A stretch of DNA of 64,000 nucleotides from Mytilus edulis (Eukaryota), in assembly GCF_963676685.1 (NCBI RefSeq), contig NC_092349.1, positions 40,548,001 through 40,612,000 of the forward strand, read 5' to 3'. Positions 31,304 to 45,060 of the stretch are shown in pieces. Below the pieces are notes generated by a model that was not told the origin of the DNA, did no database searches, and was given only the letters and a program-made list of their open reading frames with translations. The stretch's first letter is position 1, and the number at the start of each line of letters is the position of its first letter. Both the position numbers and the translations under genes were made by a program.

Positions 31304-34300
31304 TAGAGGGTTATAATTGCCTATGTACATTTGCTACTTATAACTATGGACTGAACTGTGCCTATCATTGCTTATAATGTTTTATGTTTCATTACAGATG
31401 ACCGTGGTCATTGTTCTACATTAAAGACATGTGTGAATAAATAGACATTGTTCTTATTTATGACCACGGCCAGTAATTACTGAAGACCTGTGAGGAACAC
31501 CACTTATACGAGAATGCCTGCAGTACAGTGTCCAATACCTGGATGTGATTATGTCACTGACGATCTTGATGCAGCAATCGTAGCTGTACTCATCACTGTT
31601 CATAGTACAACACACGCTCCGGGACCAGTCACAGCAGCGAACGTAGAAAAAGTGAAAAGACCGGTTATTTCAACAGCTGGAACTAGTGAGGAATGGGCAT
31701 ATTTTGAATCACGGTGGTCCGATTATGTTGAAGCAACGAAAATTGCCGGCCGTGACAAGGTAGTTCAGCTTCTAGAATGCTGCGATGAGCAGCTACGCAA
31801 GGACCTGACACGATCAGCAGGGGGTAGTCTAACAAACAAACCTGTGCAAGAAGTGTTAGCCGCAATCAAGAAACTTGCTGTTCGGGAAGAGAATACGATG
31901 GTGGCCAGAGTCACACTTCATAATATGCGCCAAGACCGTGACGAACCAGTGCGTAGCTTTTGCGCACGTTTGCGAGGACAAGCTGGTGTCTGCAAATTCT
32001 TCATACAGTGCCCTACATGTAACACAGATGTGAACTATACAGACACCATTATTCGCGACGTCCTTGCACGAGGCATTTCCGATCCAGAAATTCAACTAGA
32101 TCTCCTCGGTGACAAAAACCAAGACATGACCCTTGAAGAAGTCACTCAATTCGTTGAAGCAAAAGATTCAGGGAAACGTTCTGCATCTAGATTACTTGAT
32201 TCTCAAACAGTTCAAGCAGCTAGCAGCTCTTATAAAAAGGCAAAACAGACAGCCGTGAGGGACAAAAATGAAGTTTGTACATATTGTGGCAAAAAGGGAC
32301 ACGGCAAAAGTGCACCAGCTCGTCTCCGTAAATCAGATTGCCCTGCATATGGCCATAAGTGTGGATACTGCAACCGTGAACACCACTTTGAAAAGGTTTG
32401 TAGGAGCAAGGAAAAATCAAAAACTGGTACAGCTACGCATAATACAGACGATTGTGAAGGTGCTGTTTTTGATTCACTGTGTAGCATATCCAGCGATTCA
32501 TATAAAATAAATGGTAGAACGCTAGCCATAGACCATCATCTTTATGATAATCTGTCAGATACCTGGATCAGCAAGGCATCGCAACCACAACCCTTCGTCA
32601 ACCTTGTTTTAAGAATATTACCGGAAGATTATGAAGCATTTGGTTTCAACATGACAAAAAGAACAAACACTGTTGCAATTTCTGCCATGGCGGATACAGG
32701 ATGCCAGAGCTGCCTTAACGGTATCAAGGTCATCCATCGACTAGGAATAAATCAGACTGAATTAATCCCTGTCAATATGAAAATGCATGCTGCCAACAAC
32801 AAAGGTATCACGATCCTTGGTGCAACCACACTCCGCATTTCAGATAGAGATGATCAAGGCAGACATGTCGAAACGAGGCAAATGACGTATGTTACTGACA
32901 ACTCTGATAAACTATTTATCAGCAGAGAAGCTTGCATTGCTCTTCGAATGATCTCCGACAGCTTTCCAACAATTGGTGAAATTGACGATACGCAACAAAC
33001 TCTCGGTACTGAGAACTCTCACAACATCACAAACAACATCGGAAGTGTTAACAGCCTAGATACCACCTGTAACTGTCCTCAACGGAAGCTGCCGGCTCCA
33101 ATGCCAAGGAACGTACCTTATCCAGCAACTGAAGACAACCTCGAAAAAATAAAACAATTTCTCATGGACTATTATAAATCTAGTACCTTCAATACATGTG
33201 ATCACCAGCCATTGCCACTGATGGATGGACCACCAATGCGATTGATGGTGGATCCCGAAGCTGAACCTGTGGCTCATCACACTCCAGTTCCAGTACCAAT
33301 CCACTGGAAAGAGGAAGTCAAAGCTGGTCTTGATCAAGACGTACGACTTGGCGTATTGGAACCTGTTCCAGTTGGAGAACCTGTCACATGGTGCCATAGA
33401 ATGGTCGTTTGTGCCAAGAAAAATGGAAAACCACGTCGCACTGTTGATTTTCAACCCCTTAATGTGCATGCAACACGTGAAACACACCATACGCCTTCAC
33501 CTTTCCACCAGGCTAGATCAGTACCGAATGGAAAGAGGAAAACAGTTTTTGACGCCTGGAACGGCTATCATAGTGTGCCAATTCCTGAAGAAGATCGCCA
33601 TCTGACTACCTTCATTACACCCTGGGGCAGATATCGTTACAAGACGGCTCCGCAAGGGTACATAGCTTCAGGCGACGCCTATACAAGACGATATGATGAA
33701 ATTGTTGCCGACATTTCAAACAAAACCAAATGTGTCGATGACGTCCTCCTATGGGCTGATTCAATTGAGGAAAGCTTTTTTTCAAGCTGTACAATGGCTC
33801 GATATTTGTGGTCGTCATGGCATCACTCTTAATCCTGAGAAGTTCATATTTGGTCAAGATATTGTAGAATTCGCTGGATTTGAGATCACGTCCAACACTG
33901 TCCGTCCTTGCATGAAATACCTTAAAGCGATCCTAGATTTCCCAACACCTAGAAATATTACGGATGTACGATCATGGTTTGGTCTTGTTAATCAAGTGTC
34001 CTACGCCTTCAGCATGGCTGATAAGATGCTTCCCTTCAGGCAATTATTGAAACCAGGAACACCATTTTTCTGGGATGAACACATCAACAAACTGTTCGAG
34101 GAATCGAAAGCTGCTATCATAAGCGAAATAGAAGAGGGTGTTCGCATCTTTGATAAAAGTAAACCGACATGTCTTGCTACAGATTGGTCAAAAACTGGTA
34201 TCGGCTTCTGGCTATTTCAGAAACATTGTTCCTGCAAAGGAAGTGAACCATTTTGTTGTAACACAGGATGGCGAATAACTCTTGTCGGGAGTAGATTTAC

Positions 34301-36718
34301 ACATCCAGCTGAATCCCGTTATGCGCCAGTAGAAGGCGAAGCGCTAGCCGTTGTCGACGCTTTGGACAAAGCGAGGTATTTTGTACTGGGATGCGACGAT
34401 CTTATTATAGCTGTTGACCATAAACCACTCCTGAAAATATTCAGTGACAGATCTTTAGAAGACATATCGAATTCACGCCTTCGAAATTTGAAAGAGAAAA
34501 CACTCAGATATCGTTTTCGGATGATTCATATACCAGGCGTCAAACATCATGCTGCTGACGGTGTGTCACGTCACCCAACTGGGGACCCTGAAAAACTTAT
34601 TCTCTTAGATGACATAGCAGCCATCAAGAATAGTACAATGTCGTTGCCACCTGCCACATCTTTTTTATCCGACATACATCATACAGATTCAGAATCGGAT
34701 GCTACTGAAATAGATAACAGTGTCTTCATATCAGCCGTATCCTCGCTTGATTCGCTTGCAGTCAAATCCGTTACTTGGGACAGAGTTCGTACCGCTACAG
34801 CAAGTGACGACAATATGAATGAACTTATCAACTTAATTGAGTCTGGTACACCTGAATTTCGACATGAATTTCCTCCACAATTACGGGAATACTTCCAATT
34901 CCGTGAACACCTTTACACTATTGATGGTGTTATAATATACAAGGACAGAATCATCATTCCCCCCCAGCCTCCGAGATGAAGTGTTGTCTGCTTTACACGC
35001 AGCTCACCAAGGAGTAACAGCAATGATTTCTAGAGCAGAGTCATCAGTTTTTTGGCCAGGTATTACCCCTGCCATTACAGCACAAAGAGCCGGATGCAAC
35101 CATTGTAATCGGATAGCACCTTCTAACCCGAGTGCTCCACCTACACCTCTGATGTCACCAGACTACCCGTTTCAATGCGTTTGTTCTGATTTTTTTCAAT
35201 ACAAAGGGATTTGTTACCTTGTCATAGTTGACCGATACTCAAACTGGCCAATTGTTGAAAGATCATCAAATGGAGCAGCCGGACTCATAACCTGTCTTCG
35301 ACGCACATTTGTCACTTTTGGAATTCCTGACGAACTAGCATCTGACGGTGGTCCTGAATTTACCTCTACTGCTACAAAACAGTTTCTTCGTGACTGGGGT
35401 GTACACCATCGCCTATCGTCAGTATCTTTCCCTCATAGCAATTGCAGGGCGGAAGTTGGAGTAAAAACTGTTAAACGCATGATTGCTGATAACACTGGTC
35501 CTAAAGGTGATCTCGACACGGATGCATTCCAACGGGCCATGCTTCAGTACAGAAATACACCTGACAGAGACACAAAACTTTCCCCTGCAATGTGCGTCTT
35601 TGGTCATCCAATTAGGGATTTCATTCCGATTCCACCAGGAAGATATTCTCCTCACAATACTTGGAGGGAAACGTTAGATGCCCGTGAAGAAGCTTTAAGA
35701 AACCGCCACATCAAACAGGGCGAACGCTTATCAGAACATACAAAAAGATTACCCCAACTTGCAACTGGCGATTGTGTGCGTATTCAGAACCAAATAGGGC
35801 ATTACCCACTCAAATGGGACAAAACTGGCATCATCATTGAAGTCCGCCAATTTGATCAATATGCTGTAAAGGTTCATGGCTCTGGAAGAGTAACTTTACG
35901 CAACAGGAAGTTTCTCAGGAAGTACGTTCCTGTCAAGGGCATCAAAACAACAAAGACTATACAAGATGACCTTTGTTATAAGAATGTACCTGTCCCGTCA
36001 TCATTCGACACCAAACAAGTACTTCAACCGACATCTGATACATTAATGGAAACCCCCAAAGACCCCAAAGATTCTACTCGTGAGAGGCATTATCCACTTG
36101 GTCAGGCAACTTCAGACTCCAAGGACAGCTCTACACCAGAATTCACCTATTCACAAGATTTGCCTAGCGAGCAAAAACTTCACATTCTGGAAACGCCCAA
36201 GACAGGACTTTCTTCATCCAAAAGTCCTAGAGTTGAAAACACACATCCTGAGCGCCGTCGTTTGGAATTCACAGAAACGCCATTTGAGAACCAAGGAACA
36301 CAGCCGACCACCAACACTCCTCCGTTGATTATTACTCCGACAGAACTTAATCCACAACGTAAATCTAGTCGTGCTAGTAGACCACCTGCCTGGCATTCAG
36401 ATTATAGTATGGATTAACAATCATGACATTGACATTTTGAATTTTCGTTTCGCATTTCAACTAACAGAGATTAGTGTGAATATCATCTTAGTCATACTAC
36501 AGTGTACAAGTATTTGCCACCTTTAATGGAACATTACAGGAACCAAAAACTTAAGGGGAGATAGAGGGTTATAATTGCCTATGTACATTTGCTACTTATA
36601 ACTATGGACTGAACTGTGCCTATCATTGCTTATAATGTTTTATGTTTCATTACAGATGACCGTGGTCATTGTTCTACATTAAAGACATGTGTGAATAAAT
36701 AGACATTGTTCTTATTTA
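31304..36718 (+). mobile_element. Young full-length Ty3/Gypsy LTR retrotransposon
   Basis: Identical 157-bp LTRs (31304-31460, 36562-36718), 5-bp TSD ATAAA (31299-31303, 36719-36723), PPT aaggggaga before the 3' LTR, and gag-PR-RT-RH-IN domain order. Confidence 0.96.
31514..36417 (+). CDS. Gag-Pol polyprotein broken by two +1 homopolymer frameshifts
   Basis: Zn knuckles CTYCGKKGH and CGYCNREHHFEKVC; protease ADTG; RT DAWNGYHSVP and CVDD; RNase H TDWS...EGEALA...DHKPL; integrase H..HQG, CNHC, SDGGPEF, AEVGVK. Breaks at T7 (33776-33782) and C7 (34959-34965). Confidence 0.9.
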
Positions 36719-37194
36719 ATAAATCAATAAACTGATAATGCTCCGGCCCAGTTTATCAAATCTCGTATCTAATTAGTCGATAACGCAAAATCACGATCGA
36801 TCTTGCACATGCGCATTGTTTCCCTGAACTAGAGTATTGTAATTATATTTCATCCATTATAAATATTATTAACATTGGGAATTTATAACTGTCTGCAATT
36901 TTATGAACAGAATGATACATTTGCGATGTTGCCTGGCCAGAGACATATATACTGGCCTGGCTATATATAAGTGAATGTACATATTATATCTTATCGCACC
37001 GCGGATAAATTATCGCGCTGTGATTGGTTTAACGCCGTCACGTGGGGTGACCCCCTATGACACCGTAGGAGATTAGTAAATTTCATATGGGGTTCATGTC
37101 GCGTTAATTGTGACGTCATCTATTAATGTTGTTGCGTTTCATTGTTTATTTTTCAACAAAACGCAGCAGAAAAGTCAAGCGTACGATAAATTCG

Positions 37195-37402
37195 TTATAC
37201 GGTTAACTACTGACCCCCTACGAACCATAGAGGGTGAATAAAATCCATAGGGGACTCGGCCTAGATTCGAATCCATTTTCTGCAGAAAGCACTGAAGACA
37301 CAAATTGTTCCATTTTGGACCGGTTCTTACAAAAAGCCTCACCCCCTATGGATTTTACTAACCCGCTATGGATCCGTAGGGGGTCAGTAGCGAACCATAT
37401 AA
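37195..37402. repeat. Imperfect foldback hairpin (MITE part)
   Basis: ctactgaccccctacg...aaaatccataggg pairs with ccctatggatttt...cgtagggggtcagtag. Confidence 0.6.
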
Positions 37403-37508
37403 CTTAAAATAAGAATACTCTCCATAAATAATTGACGGTTCATTTCTATCCTAATACTTTGTTAATTCTTCCTTTACTGTTCATGGACATCTCAGTCTTC
37501 GATTTCTT

Positions 37509-37701
37509 ATCTTTATATTTTATAATCAATACACCTTATCGCTAATCCCGGCTGACCCGGCCTCTGGAGTCTCTGAAACTTTTGACGCAAACAACAATCA
37601 CTTTTCCATTGTGGCGTCAGATATTTTGTTTTATGTCGTCAAAATTTTGCGGGAACCTGTGTGATATCCAGTAATGGCGGACAAATAGCGATAAGGTGTA
37701 T
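37509..37701. mobile_element. Short MITE
   Basis: TIRs atacaccttatcgcta / tagcgataaggtgtat. Confidence 0.6.
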
Positions 37702-39599
37702 GCTATACATATAGAATAACCATACATTGTCTCAAAATATCAATGTTATTTGTACAAGGCTTAGAAACAGGTTGAAAGCACGGGCATTAAAAAGAATGTT
37801 TTTTCTAATAAATGTCCCTTTTGTAATCATATCAAGCTTTTAATAAATGATTAGCAACTGCATGTGAATGACATGAAAAGAAAGAGAATCTGACAATACC
37901 ATGGTAAAACATGTCTTATGAATTCTATTAAAAATGGTACATTCATGAATTTTTGATATTGAAATTTCTGCGTTATTGATATAGTCTTTTAAAGTCACTG
38001 AACCTATTCTTTTATTAATAGGTATGCAAAATAAAAGGACATGGAGTAAATGTACAATTGACACAATCGCACATAGAATAGAATTGATTGATTGATTGAA
38101 TGTTGGTTGCTTAACGCCCAGTGACAAATATGTCATGCATGTTCAGGACGAGAACAAGTTAACAATAAATGCAATAGGTAGGTCTTGTCATAATAGAGGC
38201 CATTCGGAATGATGGTCGGGGGAATTTATACTGCCACTGGAAAATGAGGGTTTTATTGGATAGGGACAGAAATTTTGCCTTTGCAACAGGTCACCTACGG
38301 ACCCCTCAAAGGGTTGTTGCAAGGGTTCTCAACGTGCAAAGAGCGTGGCACTCTCTTATACGAGGCATCGGACTTTACGTCCCCATTCTGATCGGACGTG
38401 ACTGCGAACTTGATACATCCGCACAGCCAAATGGACGCCCCATTTCGGCAAGCGTTTTACTTCCGGTCGGGAGAAGACCAAGTGACCATATTTCGTTTCC
38501 CCAGTCACCCTTAGAAAATCAACTTAGCAATAAACAGGGCTTTTATTCCTGTTCTACGTCTTGACAATTGATGTAGGGTCTTCAACAATGCACGATTCGT
38601 TCAAACAATTCGTTTATACACTACAAGCGTCGACTTGAACAGTAAAATTGATAAAAATTGCTTCATAATCTTTTGCTATCGCTTTCAAATTTTACTACAC
38701 ATTTAAGATATATTTATATTTACTCGGTTAAAGTACTAGTATCAAGCGGTAACGTAGTGACTGCATTGTGCATCAAATTCTAAATTCCCAAGTTTTTATA
38801 TATACATGTACATTTAAAAAGATTGGTGGTAGAAAGCGAGGCTGTCTTATTTAAGAAGTCAAATTGCATTGACTGTATATTCATATGTGATATATATAGC
38901 CACTGACAGTATATCGCCTTGTTTATGACCGTTTGTTTATGACGCAAACAATGCGTTTCCGTAGAGTTTTATTTTTGACGTCAATAAAACATACAGGTTC
39001 GCGGAAAGGACAAGGCCATTTTTGCCCCCTCTTCAAATGACTTAATATTCAATCCATGGTTAGTCTATGCATAGTGACTTAAAAAAATGTTGAACATTTT
39101 GTGTTTATGTGATTATTTGGTTGCCTAGCAACGAGTTTTATAAAATGAACTATAATATCCATCTTTAAAGCAATTGCCTTAGGAAAAGACTTCTGAATCT
39201 ATTAAAATGAAAGGTAATGTGTTACCAAACACTTGAATATTTATTATTGTTTGATCTATCATTTTAAGAAGTTCTAAATAGCAACCTAGCAACCACAATG
39301 TTGCCTAATGACCACACAAAAGGACTTTTTTTATCCGATGTTAGCAATAAAAAAAAATGAAAAATTCAAAATATTTTAATACAATTCATTAAAGTCAATT
39401 ATTTTTTTTTATTTCTCTAATATATTCCTGTTTTATTTTAATTTACTTTTTTTTAACCCAGAATTTCTAAAATTTCTATTGTAAATTTTGTTATATTGAC
39501 AGAACAATGTGTCCTTCTGCCATTTTGCTCATGTTTTTCGAAGTCGGGGAAAGTAAAGGAACATAAACACATTAAATTAATGATAAATATTTTAAATAT

Positions 39600-40401
39600 G
39601 TAGGACTTTAAAGTGCGATGGTGTCCGCTAAAGTACGATGGTGTCTCGCGCTAAAATGCGATGGTTGTTTGTTTGCTAAAGTACTATGGCATATCACGCT
39701 AAAGTGCGATGGACCAATAGGTTCGAGGGCTTTATAAGACGCGTTAAAGAACACTTAATGTAAAAATAGTCCTTTTGTATAACCTAGTATTATAAGGTAT
39801 ACTATATGTGAAAGGCATTTTAATTTAACCGTAGTCTTAAGTGAATGATTCTAAAAGACCGACCACATAATAATTGCTAAAAAGTAATTTGGGTGTCACA
39901 GAATACTATATGTCTTGTAAATGAATTTCTGACAATTCGGGCGTATTAAATATTGTGATAATTTGTGTAGCTTAACGTTCACACGTTGTAGTCTATCACT
40001 AATGGAAACAATCGTCCTTTTTACATTACAGATACAATATTCGATAATTGTCGGAATATGTAACATTAATTTGTTTAATTTAAATGAAAGAGAAAAGCGA
40101 TGTTTGCCGAACTTAATTTTCTCCTTTTTTTTGTAGCGACTATACATCCATGTTATATTTTCCTGCAATGTACAACTAACGTTTCAGCCGACAATTAATA
40201 ATTTACGCAATATCTTCCGGCGTGTTCATTTTTAGTTTGTATAAACGACTGTTAACGTCATAATCCATCTACGTTTCGTTCGTCTATACTTTCGCAGACC
40301 ATCGGACTTTAGCGTATGGAGGAATCGCACTTTAGCGAAGACCATCGCACTTTAGCGTGACCATCGTACTTTAGCGTCCCCATCGCACTTTAGAGTCCTA
40401 C
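39600..40401. mobile_element. MITE with TIRs and subterminal tandem repeats
   Basis: Ends gtaggactttaaagtgcgatgg ... ccatcgcactttagagtcctac. Several gctaaagt(g/a)cgatgg units at each end, and aaatat on both flanks. Confidence 0.75.
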
Positions 40402-41313
40402 AAATATAGCATGTCTTAAGAAGAATTGCTGTAAGGTTTAGATATAATTTTGAAACTTTAATAAAGTGTATGCAAATATTGTAAAACCAAAGTTAAAGAA
40501 AAATACAAAGTCAAATATAAGACTATATATTAATCTCAACATATCTCGACTTTCCAGATTCGATGATAAATCGCAGATCATGCAGTGAATTTAAACAAAA
40601 ATGCACGCAGCTGCGTCTACTCGTACATTAGCTCATCAGCTTTTTACATAAAACTGACATTCAACATGACAGAAGTTTAAAAAAAAAAAAAAAAAAAGAA
40701 AAAAGAAGATTAGTATTAGTCTTTATCCTATTTTATTTCTGTTCACTTTCTATTTTAGATTTTTTTTTCTAATAAAAAATAAGTGATTATATGTGACTTG
40801 ATAATCCATAAAAGGATAACATAACTAATTTTTGTAAAAGAAATACATTTGTCTTTTTGACACATTCCCTATTCAGTCTTTTCCAATTTTTGACAATGTA
40901 CTAGTATATTAAATTTGTATTTTGTGTATCGTCTTAAGGGGTGTAAAAAAGACATGTCCTGACTTAAAAGAAACACACAATGGACCTGTTAGATGATGAG
41001 GAACAAATAGATTTAGTGTCTTTTCGTTGTTTGGATGAACAAGTACCCGAACCACGTCCACTTATTTGTAGTATTTGTATTTTTAACAATCTGATGAGTT
41101 AATCCTTTTTCAACTGATTTTTATAATTCGTTCTTATGTTTAACTACTGTCCCAATTAGAGGTTGGGGGTTGGGATCCCGCTGACATGTTTAACCCAGCC
41201 ACATTCTCTGTATATGTGCCTGTCCCAAGTCAGGAACCTGTAACTTAGTGATTGTCGTTTGTTAAAGTGTAACATTTTAATTTTTAGATCCTTTTTGTGC
41301 ATAGATTGAAGAG

Positions 41314-41475
41314 ATAACTGTATTGTATTTGAAGCTTTTGCGGACGTCCATCGGTAGTTTTACTGTCGCAAATTTAGTTTACCTGGCGACGCGGAGCGGA
41401 GACAGGTAAACGGGTATTTGCGACAGTAAAACTACCGATGGACGTCCGCAAAAGCTTCAAATACAATACAGTTAT
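41314..41475. repeat. Long hairpin with perfect 60-bp arms
   Basis: 41314-41373 is the exact reverse complement of 41416-41475, with inner stem gtttacctg/caggtaaac. Confidence 0.9.
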
Positions 41476-41983
41476 TTCGATTCTAATGTAAAAAAAGTTC
41501 ATAATTAAATTTCAATCATCATTTCAGTGTAAAATCTTCATGAAAGAAAATTCCGCGAAAGATGTTATCTTCTTTGGTCCCTATACTAGGTGACGTCATA
41601 GGTATGCTTCCGGCGTCAAACATAAGCACCGGGCGTTTTCTGGCTTCTGTGTCGCTTCGGAATGTAATAAAGTTTGATAAAAAGAAAATTTTTAGGTGCA
41701 ACATGTGAGTTTTTTTGCTTATTATTGTAGAAATTACATGTCAATACATTCAGCGATTCAAAATGTCGGCTTCCTAAGTTACAGACAAGGAGATAGAGAA
41801 TTATACGCTTAATGTCATCCAATCAGAATCATTGATATAAAATAAAAAAAACAGGGCCATTACAGAAAAAAAACAGGGCCATTACAGAAAAACAGGGTCA
41901 CTAAGAAAATGTGTGATTTTTAATAAACAGTCATTTTTGTAATGTACTTAGTTGGTTATAATGTACTTAGTTGGTTAAAATGC

Positions 41984-42132
41984 ATTGAATGCTTCTTTTT
42001 GTCACTTCATTGGGGTGTAAAAGCGTTGACCGAAGTACATTTTGTATGAATCGCGGAAGCGCTTCATTCTAAAAATGTGCGCACGGTCAACGCTTTTACA
42101 ACACTATGAAGTTACAAAAAGAAGCATTCAAT
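41984..42132. repeat. Imperfect ~150-bp hairpin
   Basis: attgaatgcttctttttgt ... acaaaaagaagcattcaat, with loop gcggaagcgc. Confidence 0.75.
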
Positions 42133-42659
42133 ACTTATAATTACATTTTTTTTTAGCTAGGCTCATGAAAACACGAATTTTATCAATTTTTTATTTAATT
42201 CACCAGTGCACTTTATTGTTCCCGGGACCTCGTGTTAACATATTTAATGACAGTTTAGTTTGAAAAAAAAATTGTTCTTCACCATGGTAAGTAAAGCTTT
42301 TAAATATATCAAATATCTAAGATATTAAGTTAAAAAAAAGATATGTGTCGAAAAATAAAATGAACAGTGATCCCTTTATATGGTTCTTTAATGTTAATTG
42401 CTGGTTACTAAATAAAATACAAAAAGGTATTATACTATTAACATTTTAATAAACTTAATTTTATTAACTTTATTAAAAACCCCAACTGGGCTTAATTCAG
42501 ACTATTAATACAGGGCCATTACAGAAAATACAGGGCCATTACAGAAAAAACAGGGCCATTACAGAAAAAAACATGACCATTACAGAAAATATGTAATTTT
42601 TAATAAACAGTCATTTTTGGTTATAATGTACTTAGTTGGTTAATAAATATTTTTTATTA

Positions 42660-45060
42660 CTTGATACTGCCAATACGCTAAGACAAATTTTTATATAATA
42701 AAGCTGTTCCCTAAATAGAGTCAAATGCTTTACGTAGATCAACTAAACAAATATATAATGGTTTCTTATTTAAATTTTAAAAATATTTATTAATCAAATA
42801 GTTATCAAAGGTACCAGGATTATAATTTAGTACGCCAGACGCGCGTTTCGTCTACATAAGACTCATCAGTGACGCTCATATCAAAATATTTATAAAGCCA
42901 AACAAGTACAAAGTTGAAGAGCATTGAGGATCCAAAATTCCAAAAAGTTGTGCCAAATACGGCTAAGGTAATCTATGCCTGGGATGAGAAAATCCTTAGT
43001 TTTCAAAGTTTTAAATACAAATAGACTATCTGTAGTTCTTAATTTAGGAAGAAATCCAAATTGTTCCTGACTAAATTTGGAGTAGGTTCAGTAAGACCCC
43101 TTTTTGGCCCCAAAATATAGCAGTTTTACAAAATTGTAAAAATGTAAACTTTTAGTTATTTATTGGACAGTAAAATGCTTCTGCTACATAAATATGGGCT
43201 GTTTTTGACATAACAATGCACATATATCGGGTACCAGCACCATAAAGTCATGCTAATTTACTGAAATCTTGACAATTCTAGCATTTTAGTTAAATTTTAG
43301 ACAGTTTTCAGGTAAAACGAAAGTGGCCGCATTCGTGTTCATCCTTAATATTGAAATGTAAGTTGTATTTTATGATAATACATAATATATATAAAGGTTG
43401 AGGATGAACACGGATGCGGCCACTTTCGTTTTTGACAAAAACCATCTGAAAAGTGACATTTTTCGGCATATTTGGTAGATTTTTCATATTTGAGCTTGAA
43501 TCGGATCGTTTTTAATGACTAAATCAGTTAAAATCTTTCACATAAACTAATTGATTTAAATGAAATAGACACTTAAGTGTTTAAAAAGTGGTCAAAATCT
43601 TTCGTCAGATGAACCTGAAATTTGAGGCCAAAATCGGTCCTTACCGGACCTACTCCTTTGTTTTCCATATATGTATTGAAATTGATTAATAAATATTTAA
43701 ATTAAAAAAGAAACCATTATGTATTTGTTTTGTTGGCTTACGTAAAGCAATTATTCTGTTATTTAAAATTGATCTAAATATTTTGGCAATACCATTTATA
43801 AGAGATATTCCTCTGTAATTATTTGGGTCTTTGGAATCTCCAGATTTACATATTGACACTAGAATAGAGAATATTTTCATGTTTATGGGGAATATCCTGA
43901 ATCAAGAACAAGGTCATATAATTTTGTGTAGCATTTAAAAGTTACTGGACTACAATATTAAATCACCTGTCTGGTCCAGGGGATTTTTTCATTTTTAAGG
44001 GATTTGATAACTTTATTTACTTCTGATAATGTTATTGGACAATCAGTTATTTCATTTAATCTCTTTGTTTTTCAAAAAATGGTTTATCTCATCTTCTGCT
44101 TTATCGCAAGGTTTGTTCCAAAGAAATGGTTTGTTAGGTTATCTGATTTCATATCAATTCTATGGTATTTATATTATTTCTTATAGAATTGAGTAGTTTC
44201 CAAAAATTGTTGAGGGTCTTCAGTTTGAAGATTTGATAGTTTTTCAATCATTTGTTGTTGAAATTGGATTTCTTTTTCTTTTTACTTGCTTTTTAAAAAA
44301 AAATATTTTACAGTTTCAAAAAATTGCTGTTTCAAATTTCTATCAAAGGGTTTATGTTTTAGTTTTTTCCTAAATTCCTAAAATCTTACTTTTTAAATAT
44401 CTTAATTACGAAGGGTTTCTTTTTTATTTAGTTTTCTTATGCTTTATTGGAACTTTTATTATACATGTTTTAGAGGCTACATTATCTTGAATTTCAATGA
44501 ATGATTTTGAAGCTTCATTTATGCCTTTTTTCATTTTTTACAAAGTGGGTGATTTCAAAATTTAAAATCTTTATTTTTCACTTTGTTTAATGTTTCATAC
44601 ATATGACAGATCAGTCCATCTGTTGTGATTTTTTTTCATAAATTCATTATTAAAGTCCTTTTTATTTATATATTGTTTTATATCACATTTTAGGAAATCT
44701 GTACATAGTCCGATAAAAAAATTAGATCAGAGGAGATACAAAAATATTCTACTGAGGGTAGGATCCTGATCCTTGCTCAATATTGCAAAGTCAACTGTGC
44801 TACAGCCATTTTTGGAAAAATATTTTTGGACCCAACGAATCTCATAAATATTTACCTAAATAGATCCTTAAGTCTTGAGGATAAACACATGTTCAGTAAA
44901 TTTGTAAGATTGATACTAATCCATTTATTTGTGTATCTGGACTTTCTCCTTTCCATGTTCAAGAATTACATTTTTATCAGATTTAATATTTCCAATAAAA
45001 CTAGAATCCCCAAGACCAAGACGCTACTGATAAATGCTTTTGTTGAAAAGTCATAATTAC
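42660..45060 (-). pseudogene. Highly degraded LINE (CR1/L2-like) ORF2 with nested insertions
   Basis: KSGDSKDPNNYRGISLINGIAKIF.SILNNRI at 43686-43880; GFLPKLRTTD near 43020-43060; VDLRKAFDSI near 42715-42745. Confidence 0.65.
43079..43657. mobile_element. Non-autonomous DNA transposon (Kolobok-like MITE)
   Basis: TIRs ggagtaggttcagtaag / cttaccggacctactcc, with an internal inverted pair aaagtggccgcat..gtgttcatcct. Confidence 0.6.

Noticed and set aside
38085-38520. Protein-coding ORF 38244-38564
   Set aside because: It lies in a SINE-like repeat with a (TGAT)n tail and shows no domain signal. I could not confirm pol III boxes, so it is not listed as a feature.
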